DNA of 64,000 nucleotides from NCBI GenBank assembly GCA_965223905.1, contig CBDCXV010000010.1, positions 1,568,001 through 1,632,000 on the forward strand. The letters are read 5' to 3'. Below, one piece after another: positions 53,384 through 62,040 of the stretch. Numbering within the stretch: position 1 is the stretch's first letter; every line of letters begins with the position of its first letter. The translations under genes and the position numbers were made by a program. The stretch is from Candidatus Latescibacterota bacterium. GTDB lineage: Bacteria > Latescibacterota > UBA2968 > UBA8231. The notes beneath the pieces are model-generated. The model saw only the letters and a list, made by a program, of their open reading frames with translations, had not been told where the DNA came from and did no database searches.

Positions 53384-53696
53384 TGAGCCTGGGGCTGTTG
53401 CTCCCTATGTCCACCTGCCAAACCGTTTTTATTTTTGGGTTGCGTCCATCAGGCGTCTCAATAATCCCATCTACATGGTAGCGCGGACCGAAAGCGGTTT
53501 CTACAATCTCGACAACTTTATGGCTTGTTCCCTGAATCCGTAATGCATCCGCTAAGTTCTGCCACTGATCCACTCGAAAGCCGAATCTGAAAAAGAATTT
53601 AGCCTTGCCTCGACCATCGGGACTCGTTGTCGAGAGCAGGTAGCCCGTAATTTTTTCTTTTTCAACTCGGGCATATCGTGCGTTGGGCAGGGTCAA
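53384..53696 (-). pseudogene. DUF6883-like protein interrupted by IS3 (last codons ITAHPLGG* at 51954-51979)
   Basis: KITGYLL...GKAKFF..GF, TPDGRNP.I.TVW; the frame continues across the IS. Confidence 0.75.
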
Positions 53697-53884
53697 TTTC
53701 TCTGGCCTTCATACGTGCATCTCTGACATCAGGTAACAACTCTATCATCCACGACATCTCCTTCAGGTATTCTACAACTTGATCGAATGATGCCGGTGCA
53801 GTTCATTAGCACCATCTCCACGTTCTGTCAATATCCGATTGATGTGGTCAACGCGCAATGGCCCGCCTTTCCCCTTACGGCGTG

Positions 53885-54181
53885 CCTATCTGGAGGGGGT
53901 AGGGCTGCCGGCGAAGCCCCCGCCGAGAGCCCCGCCTCAGCCGCAGCTCGAGTTCGCCGCCTGACCTCCTCCGCGATTCGCTCCCGGTGCCGGGCGTACG
54001 GAGGGGTGTCCCCTCAACGGTCCTCAGGCCCCGGATTGATCCGGATACGGGCCGACAGACAACTAAACCGTACTGGGAACTCGGTCGAAGGACGGGCAAA
54101 CGATCCTCCGGGAGCTGCCGGACCCTGGCGGTGCGCTGTCCGCCTTGACCGAGAGTCCAAAAAAAGTGCCTCATTTTACCT
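53885..54181 (+). mobile_element. ISCR/IS91-like remnant 4 (3' end; oriIS interrupted at the CT core)
   Basis: Homologous to the 3' non-coding end of the other copies; ends ATTTTACCT. Confidence 0.85.
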
Positions 54182-54315
54182 CGTATAATAGGTCCAGAGG
54201 TTTCGAGACAAGTGTAAATCCAGCCGTGACGGTCTCCCGTATGAGGGTACCTGAGCACCTAAGATGCGCTTGCCTTGTTGGGGACCGGAAGCGACCCTGT
54301 CACCAGCGAGGCTGC
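54182..54315 (+). mobile_element. Truncated left end of the IS110 element
   Basis: Ungapped match to 60654-60787 with 6 mismatches. Confidence 0.9.
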
Positions 54316-54439
54316 CGGAGATCACCCAGGGGCCGCGCCTTCCTTTGCTGGTCTGAGATCGAATTCACCCGACAATTGGCCACACTGAGAAGTGTAGTCA
54401 TGCCGCCCTCGATGAAGTCATCATCCCGATCTAGACAGA

Positions 54440-54478
54440 CAAAGCCTCAATTCAAAGCCTCAATTCAAAGCCTCAATT
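54440..54478. repeat. Tandem repeat 3 x CAAAGCCTCAATT
   Basis: Three exact 13-bp copies. Confidence 0.9.
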
Positions 54479-54613
54479 CGGATGGAACCGAGCACTGACG
54501 AAACGGCCAGTTGCGGGGGATCGCCACGCCGAAGCAGGAGCTCGACCTGGTCCGGCGCCGGCTGAGGGTGGCCGAGCAGCATTACCGGAACACGCATGGC
54601 GGAGGGTAGAACC

Positions 54614-54952
54614 ATGACCACATCCGACTCGACCGTCGAACGCGGCAGCGGCAACGTCTTCGCCGACCTCGGCCACCCCGAGGCCGACGCCCACCTGCTC
54701 AAGGCGGAGCTGGTCAGCCGCATCGACGCCATCGTGCGCCAGCGCGGCATCACCCAGACCGAGGCCGGGCGCCTGCTCGGCCTTTCCCAGCCCGACGTGT
54801 CGCGGCTTCTGAGGGGCGACTTCGGCGAGTATTCTCTCGAGCGTCTGTTCCGCCTGCTCACCGCGCTCGGCCGCGATATCGACATCGTCATCCGCCAGCC
54901 GCGCTCGGCCGCCGGTGGGAAGCTGCTAATCGCCGCCGCCGAGCCCGTCTGA
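54614..54952 (+). CDS. XRE/HigA-type HTH antitoxin (preceded by the 3' remnant of a RelE/Gp49-like toxin)
   Basis: GSGNVFADLG, TQTEAGRLLGLSQPDVSRL; upstream remnant GIATPKQELDLVRRRL. Confidence 0.85.
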   Translation: MTTSDSTVERGSGNVFADLGHPEADAHLLKAELVSRIDAIVRQRGITQTEAGRLLGLSQPDVSRLLRGDFGEYSLERLFRLLTALGRDIDIVIRQPRSAAGGKLLIAAAEPV

Positions 54953-55224
54953 CACGCCCTGTCCGGCGTTCGGATTAGGGGCTTATATCGAATACTGCGC
55001 AAAACGTATGACTCCGACAGAGGAGGTGACGGCGATGGCGGCCATGGCCGCGGGCGAGGTGCGTGCAGCCGCTTGTCACCCACCGCCTCCCCGGCCGGGA
55101 GCTGAAGGCCGGCTACGACCTGCTCTACGAGCACCCGGAGCAGGCGCTGGGCGTCCTGTTCCTGTGGGAGTAACAGAGTTCATCAGCGCGCGCGGGAGAA
55201 CCGTCGGCAAAGGTGGACGATTTA

Positions 55225-55240
55225 ATATCCAATCGGATAT
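55225..55240. promoter_or_regulatory. Putative operator ATATCC-AATC-GGATAT
   Basis: Palindrome 10 bp upstream of the HTH gene start. Confidence 0.6.
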
Positions 55241-55249
55241 ATTCATGGC

Positions 55250-55753
55250 ATGAACCTAGTTGCCCGCCTGCGGCGCAGCGCCGGTCTGACGCAGGCCGCA
55301 TTGGCCGAGTTGGCCGGCACCTCGCAACCGACGATTGCAGCCTACGAGACCGGAACCAAGCGCCCGAATCTGCGTACGCTCCAGCGTCTGGCCTCTGCCG
55401 TCGGTCTCGGCGTCCATGTGTCATTCGTTCCGCACCTGACGCGGGAAGACCGCCGGAGCCTGGCCCTGCATGAACGGATCGCCGAACGGCTTCGCGCCGC
55501 TCCCGCCGAGACGCTGGGCCGAGCGGAGGCGAACCTCTTGCGCATGCGTGGTCTTCACCCTGGCGCGTCCGACCTCCTCGACGAATGGGAACGCCTGTTG
55601 CAAGGCTCCCCGGATGCACTCGTAGAGGCGCTGGTCAACCCCGGATTGCACTATCGCGACCTTCGTCACGTCACTCCGTTCGCCGGCGTGCTGAGTGCAT
55701 CGGAGCGCGCTACCGCGTATCGGGAGTTCCGGCGCGACGAGATGCAACGATGA
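55250..55753 (+). CDS. XRE HTH protein with a C-terminal antitoxin-like domain
   Basis: GLTQAALAELAGTSQPTIAAYE; RSLALH and TPFAGVLS..ER motifs. Confidence 0.75.
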   Translation: MNLVARLRRSAGLTQAALAELAGTSQPTIAAYETGTKRPNLRTLQRLASAVGLGVHVSFVPHLTREDRRSLALHERIAERLRAAPAETLGRAEANLLRMRGLHPGASDLLDEWERLLQGSPDALVEALVNPGLHYRDLRHVTPFAGVLSASERATAYREFRRDEMQR

Positions 55754-56274
55754 ACCGCGCGCAGTTCGAGCATGCGGTCAGGGCGGCGGCCGCCGTCGTG
55801 GGGGAGCGCGAGGTGATCGTCATTGGGTCTCAGGCGATTCATGCCTGGATCGAAGACGACATTCCCGAGGCAGCGATGCGCTCGGTAGAGGCGGACATCG
55901 CGCTGCGAGAGGATGTCGACGGCAGCAAGGCCGATCTCATCGATGGCTCGATCGGCGAAGCATCCCTGTTCCAGGAGACCTTCGGCTTCTACGCGCATGG
56001 CGTCTCCGTCACCACGGCCCTGCTGCCACTCGGGTGGGAGCAGCGACTCGTTCGGTTCGCGACACCGGCGACCGCCGGTGTCGTTGCCTGGTGTCTTTCG
56101 CCGGAGGACCTATGGGTGGCCAAGGCCCTGGCTGGAAGGCCGAAGGACTTCGAACTGTGTCGGGACCTCCTCCACGCCGGCGTCGTACAGCGGGACACGC
56201 TTGCCGAGCTGATCGGCGACACCGACGCGCACGCCGCTCGAAAGCACGTGGCTCGTGAGCTACTGGCTGAGTAG
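55750..56274 (+). CDS. DUF6036-type nucleotidyltransferase (putative TA partner)
   Basis: VIGSQAI, S.EADI and K..AGRPKD; ATGA overlap with the HTH gene. Confidence 0.7.
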   Translation: MNRAQFEHAVRAAAAVVGEREVIVIGSQAIHAWIEDDIPEAAMRSVEADIALREDVDGSKADLIDGSIGEASLFQETFGFYAHGVSVTTALLPLGWEQRLVRFATPATAGVVAWCLSPEDLWVAKALAGRPKDFELCRDLLHAGVVQRDTLAELIGDTDAHAARKHVARELLAE

Positions 56275-56392
56275 CTGCAGCGCTCCGTGAATCAGCTCAT
56301 ACCGGAAACCGAGTTGCCGGCCTCAGCTCCCGCGGGTAGCGTAGGCGGCCGACCGGCACCGGGGCTATGCTCGTGGCCGTGAGCTCAGCCCG

Positions 56393-56488
56393 ATGACGAC
56401 GGGAGCCGGCGGCGCGCCGGCGCCCTCCTCCACCCCGCCGCTGCTGCAGGTGCGCAATCTCTCCAAGCGCTTCGACATGACACAGGCG
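56393..56488 (+). pseudogene. 5' fragment of an ABC transporter ATPase cut by ISCR remnant 5
   Basis: PLLQVRNLSKRF. Confidence 0.5.
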
Positions 56489-57280
56489 CGGTGACCTTCG
56501 TCCAGCGGTTCGGTTCCTCCCTGAACCTCAATCCCCACATCCACGTACTCATGCTCGGTGGGGTCTACGTCGATGGGGAGGACGCTCCGGTTTTCGTTCC
56601 CGCCCCGCCGTTGTCGGACCAAGCCGTGCAGCAGATCGTGGAGACGAGTGCGCGCCGCATCATCCGCTTGTGCACGAAACGCGGCCTGCTCGACGACACC
56701 GCCGCCGATCCGCTCACCGACGAGGAGCCGGTGCTGGCGGCTCTGGTTCCCCCGCCCCGGTTTCATCTCCTGCGCTACCACGGGGTCCTGGCGCCCCGGG
56801 CCCGGGCCCGCGACCTCATCGTGCCGGCCCAGCCGGTTGCCGAGCCGTCGGCGGCAGACGCCTCGACGAGCGCTGCGGCCTGCGGCCATCGACTGCGGTG
56901 GGCGACCCTGCTGGCGCGGGTGTTTTCCTCCGACCTCAGCGAATGCGCGGCATGCGACGGGTGGCCTGAGAATCATCGCCGCTCTGACCGATCCGGCCTC
57001 GATCCGGACCTATCTGGAGGGAGTAGGGCGGCCGGCGATGCCCCCGCCGAGAGCCCCGCCTGAGCCGCTGTTCGAGTTCGCCGCCTGACCTGCCTTCTCG
57101 ACCCGTCGCCGGCGCCGGGCGTACGGCTGGGTGTGCCCTCAACGGGCTCACAGGCAACCAAACTACTGCGAGCTCGGTCGAAGGACTGGCAAAACGATCC
57201 TCAGGGGAGTTGCCGGACCCTTGCGGTGCGCTGTCCGCCTTGACCGAGAGTCCAAAAAAGGTGCCTAATTTTCCCTATAC
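56489..57280 (+). mobile_element. ISCR/IS91-like remnant 5 with internal deletion and oriIS
   Basis: LNLNPHIH present; the RYxxR region is deleted between GCTGGCGGCTCT repeats; ends ATTTTCCCTATAC. Confidence 0.9.
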
Positions 57281-57368
57281 TCCATTAAATTCGTGAACAT
57301 ATTACCAGGAGCGGTCAATAGTTGACAATTTTCCGACTGATACAGAGGGGTGTGATGTCAACTTTAGG

Positions 57369-57644
57369 GTGCTCCCCGTGATAATCAGGCCTCGCAGCTT
57401 GATCGCCTTCGTTGTAACCTTGACGGTTATTGGCCTGATGTCCTTTATTCCCTCCCAAATGCCGCAGACAGGGGCGTACTCACTGCTTGACGCGGTTTTT
57501 GTGCCTCAGGTTGAGGCTTCAAATTGCCAAAATGAGCATCAATGCGTCAACGGGTTCGGACCCTGCTCATACGCATCTACCAAGCGGTGTATCTACCCGA
57601 CCGATGGGGGCGGTTGCACCACCCAAAGCGGCGGAAGCTGCTAG
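57369..57644 (+). CDS. Small secreted protein with a six-Cys C-terminal peptide
   Basis: Hydrophobic N-terminus, VEA, then 40 aa containing 6 Cys; followed by a hairpin. Confidence 0.55.
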   Translation: MLPVIIRPRSLIAFVVTLTVIGLMSFIPSQMPQTGAYSLLDAVFVPQVEASNCQNEHQCVNGFGPCSYASTKRCIYPTDGGGCTTQSGGSC

Positions 57645-57666
57645 TTGAAGGGGGATTTCTACAAAG

Positions 57667-57699
57667 GGGGCAACGTATCCTGCAAAGGAACGTTGCCCC
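57667..57699 (+). terminator. GC-rich hairpin downstream of the peptide gene
   Basis: GGGGCAACGT...ACGTTGCCCC inverted repeat; no U-tract. Confidence 0.4.
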
Positions 57700-58001
57700 T
57701 GATCCGACCACCCCAAAATAAATCCATATTTTCTCTGAAACTGGCGAAAAATGAACCAAAAAAACCCTTGTTTTTCGCATATTGCTTTAGGTGTAAAAAA
57801 AGATGGTATGGAGATCTGGATACCATTCGAAGCCAAGAATTTTTCGTAGTCGTAAATGGCTATAAAACAAGCATTTGGATGATCGATTTTCAATGGATAT
57901 TTTGAAGTACGGGCCGTTTTTATGGTTAGTGATGCCTCATTTAATCTGGAAACGTTGCGCGATGAACTAATCAAGGATAGCGGCTAATCAATAGGAAACG
58001 T

Positions 58002-58045
58002 ACCTAACATGTGGCTTAAGTCGTTCGCTTCGCCCACTCGGACCT
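58002..58045 (+). other. 5' half of an attC-like site
   Basis: ACCTAAC-ATGTG-GCTTAAG-TCGTTCGCTTCGCCCACTCGGAC shortly after a stop codon; 3' half not found. Confidence 0.45.
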
Positions 58046-58193
58046 CTCGTTCTCTGGGCCTCGCCCGCAAACCCGGAACTGCTGGAAAAGCAAGGCAGAA
58101 CGCACATATGTAGGTAATCGACGCCCTGGTAACGAATAGACGCGGAGGGAAGTTAGACGCTATGGAAGTCCAAGAATTTACGGGGAGGTACTG

Positions 58194-59996
58194 ATGCACA
58201 CGGATATCCTCACTCCTAAAGACCTGTTTCAGAAAGAGGTACGCTACACCATCCCGCCTTTTCAGCGCCCCTACGTTTGGTCTCAGGACGATCAGTGGGA
58301 GCCGCTGTGGGAAGATGTCCGCAACGTAGCAGAAAACTATCTTGAGGAACTGGAGCGCTCAGGCAACAACGGAGTCGAAGCGGAGCAGAATACAAGCCCG
58401 CACTTCCTGGGGGCCGTCGTTCTCAAGCAAGTTCCCACGGCAGCAAAGGACATCGACCAACGTGAAGTGATTGACGGCCAACAGAGGGTGACGACGCTGC
58501 AATTGCTTCTGGATGCAATTCAACAGATTTGCGAAGAGTCAGACCAACCATACCTCAAGAGAGTCGCAAGGCGTCTGGCCAAGCTTGTTACCAACGACGA
58601 AGAACTCATCGGGGACGATAGGCTTCACATCTTCAAACTGTGGCCTACCAGGGGTGACAGGGAAGCGTTCAGACACGCCATGGACAACGGACTCGCCGTA
58701 AACGACTTTGCGGAGTCGCTGATTGTCCAGGCCCACGAATTCTTCCAGTTGCAAGTCCGCAAATGGCTTGACGATGCAGCGGGGCCAATCGAGCCCAAAA
58801 TCGATGCGCTTGAGGCTGCGGCAACATCGATGCTCCAGATGGTGGTTATTGACCTCAGTCCAAAGGACGATCCGAACCTCATATTCGAGACGCTAAATGC
58901 CCGTGGCACTCCGCTTGAACAGTCCGACCTCATCAAGAACTTTGTCCTTTCTCGGGAGCGCGACCGGCAGGGTGACATCTGGGGGAACCTGGACGACGGC
59001 TGGTGGAGGATGGAGGTCAAACAAGGTCGTCTGTTCAGGCCGCGCTTGGACATGCTCCTCAACTACTGGCTGGCTATGCGCACGGGTTCGGAGGTCTCGC
59101 CATCTAGGGTGTTTGACTTGTTCCGCAACTACCTTGATGACCAAGAAGTCCACGCGATGATGTCAGGCGTCAAGCGAGACCTGGTGAACTATCGTGATTT
59201 CGAATCGACCAGAGGCCGCAGCCCAGAGGAGAAGTCGTTCTACTACCACGTAGATGTCATGCAGGCCCGCGTGATCACCCCCGTACTTCTACTGCTCTTG
59301 TCAGCTGAGGAAGGACCGCGCATCAGAGCGTTCAGTTCTTTGGAGAGTTTCCTGGTACGTAGAATGATTTGCCGTCAGACCACGAAGGACTACAATAGGC
59401 TGGTTCTAGAGCTGGCCAGCCGCTTGAGGGATAGTGGACTGGATAAGGCCGATGCAGTTACCGGCGGATTTCTGAAAGAGCAGACGGCATATGCCAGAGA
59501 ATGGCCCAGCGACGAAGCTGTGGCCGATGCACTGGGGTCTTCTCCGCTCTATCGCCTGCTGACAAGAGGCAGACTACGATTGATCCTCGAAGGTGCTGAG
59601 CGCCGGTTGCGTTCTTCGGGAAAATCTGAACAGCCTGCCGTACCGACGAATCTGACAATAGAGCACCTGATGCCGGTAGGTTGGAGAATAGCGGAGTGGC
59701 CACTCCCAGAGGGCATTGTCACCGATGCAGCCACCTACCAACGCAACACGCTCATCCACTCAATTGGCAACCTCACGCTCGCGACCCAGAAACTCAATTC
59801 ATCCATGTCCAACGACGCTTGGGCGAGCAAACGCGACGAACTCCAAGGGCACAGTGTTTTGTTGCTGAACAACGAGCTGTTATCTCAGCCTTCTTGGAGC
59901 GAGGAAACCATACGGTCCAGAAGCCGACGAATGGCGAAGCTCGTATCAGAAAGATGGCCCGGCCCCGCTTCAGAGAAGTGGAACCAAGCCAAATAG
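58194..59996 (+). CDS. gmrSD: GmrSD-type (DUF262 + DUF1524) type IV restriction endonuclease
   Basis: FQRPYVW, DGQQR, FETLNARG, EHLMP and IGNLTL..N motifs. Confidence 0.9.
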   Translation: MHTDILTPKDLFQKEVRYTIPPFQRPYVWSQDDQWEPLWEDVRNVAENYLEELERSGNNGVEAEQNTSPHFLGAVVLKQVPTAAKDIDQREVIDGQQRVTTLQLLLDAIQQICEESDQPYLKRVARRLAKLVTNDEELIGDDRLHIFKLWPTRGDREAFRHAMDNGLAVNDFAESLIVQAHEFFQLQVRKWLDDAAGPIEPKIDALEAAATSMLQMVVIDLSPKDDPNLIFETLNARGTPLEQSDLIKNFVLSRERDRQGDIWGNLDDGWWRMEVKQGRLFRPRLDMLLNYWLAMRTGSEVSPSRVFDLFRNYLDDQEVHAMMSGVKRDLVNYRDFESTRGRSPEEKSFYYHVDVMQARVITPVLLLLLSAEEGPRIRAFSSLESFLVRRMICRQTTKDYNRLVLELASRLRDSGLDKADAVTGGFLKEQTAYAREWPSDEAVADALGSSPLYRLLTRGRLRLILEGAERRLRSSGKSEQPAVPTNLTIEHLMPVGWRIAEWPLPEGIVTDAATYQRNTLIHSIGNLTLATQKLNSSMSNDAWASKRDELQGHSVLLLNNELLSQPSWSEETIRSRSRRMAKLVSERWPGPASEKWNQAK

Positions 59997-60018
59997 AGAG
60001 TAAGAGCTAAGGAGGATA

Positions 60019-60653
60019 GCTCAAAACGCCGTGGTCGGATGGGACCCGCCCTCTCCTACTCTCTCCGATGGAACTGCTGGAGAAGCTGGCGGCTCTGGTC
60101 CCCCGCCCCGGCTCCATCTCCTGCGCTACCACGGGGTCCTGGCGCCCCGGGCCCGGGGCGCCAAGACCGCATCGTGCCGGCCAAGCCGGTTGCCGAGCCG
60201 GCGGCGGACGGCTCGGCGAGCGCTGCGCCCTGCTCCCATCGGCTGCGCTGGGCGACCCTGCTGGCGCGGGTGTTTTCCTCCGACCTCAGCCAATGCGCGG
60301 CCTGTGGCGGTCGCCTGCGGATCGTCGCCGCCCTGACCGATCCGACCTCGATCCGGATCTATCTGGAGGGGGTAGGGCTGAGGCGATGCCCCCGCCGAGA
60401 GCCCCGCCTCAGCCGCTGTTCGAGTTCGCCGCCTGACCTCCTCCGCGATTCGCTCCCGGCGCCGGGCGTACGGAGGGGTGTGCCCCCATCAGTCCCTCAG
60501 GCCCCGGATTGATCCGGATACGGGCCGACAGGCAACCAAACTGTACTGCGAGCTCGGTCGAAGGACTGGCAACGATCCTCAGGGGAGTTGCCGGACCCTT
60601 GCGGTGCGCTCAGCGCCTTGACCGAGAGTCCAAAAAGGGGCCTCATTTTACCT
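60019..60653 (+). mobile_element. ISCR/IS91-like remnant 6 (oriIS split by IS110; last bases ATAC at 61944-61947)
   Basis: Same 5' breakpoint as remnant 1 (GCTCAAAACGCCG); ends ATTTTACCT. Confidence 0.9.
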
Positions 60654-60667
60654 CGTATAATAGGTCC

Positions 60668-60930
60668 GGAGGTTTCGAGGCAAGTGTAAATCCAGCCGTG
60701 AGGGTCTCCCGTATGAGGGTACCTGAGCACGTAAGATGCGCTTGCCTTGTTGGGGACCTGAAGCGATCCTGTCACCAGCGAGGCTGCTGGGGTTCGGCTG
60801 ATTTTACCTCGGGGCATCGTCCCCTGTGATATAGACCGCCGATGCCAGCATGTTGCACTTACCGCTTGACGGGACCCGGTTCCCTGATCTGGCTGCGAGG
60901 ACGTGCCCGGCTGGCGTCACCCGATCGTGG
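60668..60930 (+). ncRNA. Putative IS110 bridge RNA (boundaries approximate)
   Basis: Two stem/internal-loop/hairpin modules with guides matching the target (ATTTTACCT at 60801-60809; TATAG at 60830-60834) and the donor (TTACCGCTTG at 60859-60868; TGCGAG at 60894-60899). Confidence 0.8.
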
Positions 60931-60965
60931 GCAGCTTCCACCTCCCTCTTGGCAAGGAGCGTCCC

Positions 60966-61889
60966 ATGTACCCCCTCGGCATCGACGTCGCCAAACGCCG
61001 ACACCATGCCACCCTGCTTGATGAGGACGGCACCCCGGTGTTCCGCAACTTCGCCGTGCCCCACAGTCGCCAGGGCTTCGAGCAGTTGCTGGCCAAGGTA
61101 GCCGACACCGCCGCAGCCGATGCCATCCGGGTCGGCATGGAAGCCACCGGTCACTACTGGATGGTGCTGTTCGAAGCGATGACTCAGGCCGGGTACGCCG
61201 TCGACGTCCTCAATCCGCTGGTCATCGCCGCCCGACGCAATATCACCATTCGGGGCACCAAGACCGACATCGACCTCCGCCGGCTGACCCGACTGCTCCG
61301 GGAAAGCAGCCGCGGGTGCTTCGGCCGAGCGCCGGCGCAACGGCTCAAAGCAGCCGCCAAGAACTCGTGGGCCCTGAGGCGTCGAGCTGAGGCCCTGGCG
61401 ATGGAGATCCGCTTCGTCGTGGAACGGCTCAATGTGCTCATCGATCAGATCCGCCAGCTGGAGAAGCGGTTCCAGACCCTCATGGTCGACCAGCAGAAGC
61501 TGTTGCAAACCATTCCCGGCCTGGGAAAGGTGTGGGCACCCACCGTCCTCGCCGAAATCCTGCCCGTCTTTCAGCCCGACAGCAAGCACGGCGCCCGTAA
61601 GTTGGTTGCCACCGCAGGCGTCGATGTGCGCCTCACCGAAAGCGGCGACAAGAAGGGATCCGGAAAAAGGTCAAAGCGGGGCAGTCGATACCTGCGCACC
61701 GCGGTCATGCAGGCGGCTGAAATCGCCGTCTTTCGCAGCCACGATCCACTCTTCAGCGAGGTCTACAAACGACAGAAAGATCGCGGCAAGCACCACATGG
61801 TAGCGCTGACACATGTCGCCAACAAGATGTTGCACGTGATCTTCTCCGTCTTGAAGAACGACAGGCCCTACACCCCAATACTCACGTAA
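60966..61889 (+). CDS. IS110 recombinase (DEDD RuvC-like plus Tnp20), probably internally deleted
   Basis: GIDVAK, GMEATGHYW, NP, KTD, IPGLG, ESG and SKRGSRYLR motifs; RBS AAGGAG; the usual KTDxxD and the following helical region appear missing. Confidence 0.85.
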   Translation: MYPLGIDVAKRRHHATLLDEDGTPVFRNFAVPHSRQGFEQLLAKVADTAAADAIRVGMEATGHYWMVLFEAMTQAGYAVDVLNPLVIAARRNITIRGTKTDIDLRRLTRLLRESSRGCFGRAPAQRLKAAAKNSWALRRRAEALAMEIRFVVERLNVLIDQIRQLEKRFQTLMVDQQKLLQTIPGLGKVWAPTVLAEILPVFQPDSKHGARKLVATAGVDVRLTESGDKKGSGKRSKRGSRYLRTAVMQAAEIAVFRSHDPLFSEVYKRQKDRGKHHMVALTHVANKMLHVIFSVLKNDRPYTPILT

Positions 61890-62040
61890 CGTGAACCATA
61901 GATAAAATGCCCACGATCGGTGCTGACTGTTTACCGCTTGTCTATACATTACGCAAGCTAGAAGGCGATCAGGATGTTGCCGCTCGTGCAGAACCGACCC
62001 GTTCCCACTCAACCCTGGCCTTGCCCGATCATTGGAGGCG

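Larger units (their letters stand above)
60654..61943 (+). mobile_element. IS110-family element inserted at the CT core of the ISCR oriIS
   Basis: CT core at both junctions (60652-60653 and 61942-61943); removing the element restores ATTTTACCTATAC. Confidence 0.9.

Noticed and set aside
54440-54478. 13-bp tandem repeat as a functional site
   Set aside because: An isolated triple tandem at a junction; most simply explained by slippage.
57322-57350. TTGACA as the -35 of the peptide gene
   Set aside because: No acceptable -10 at 16-18 bp.
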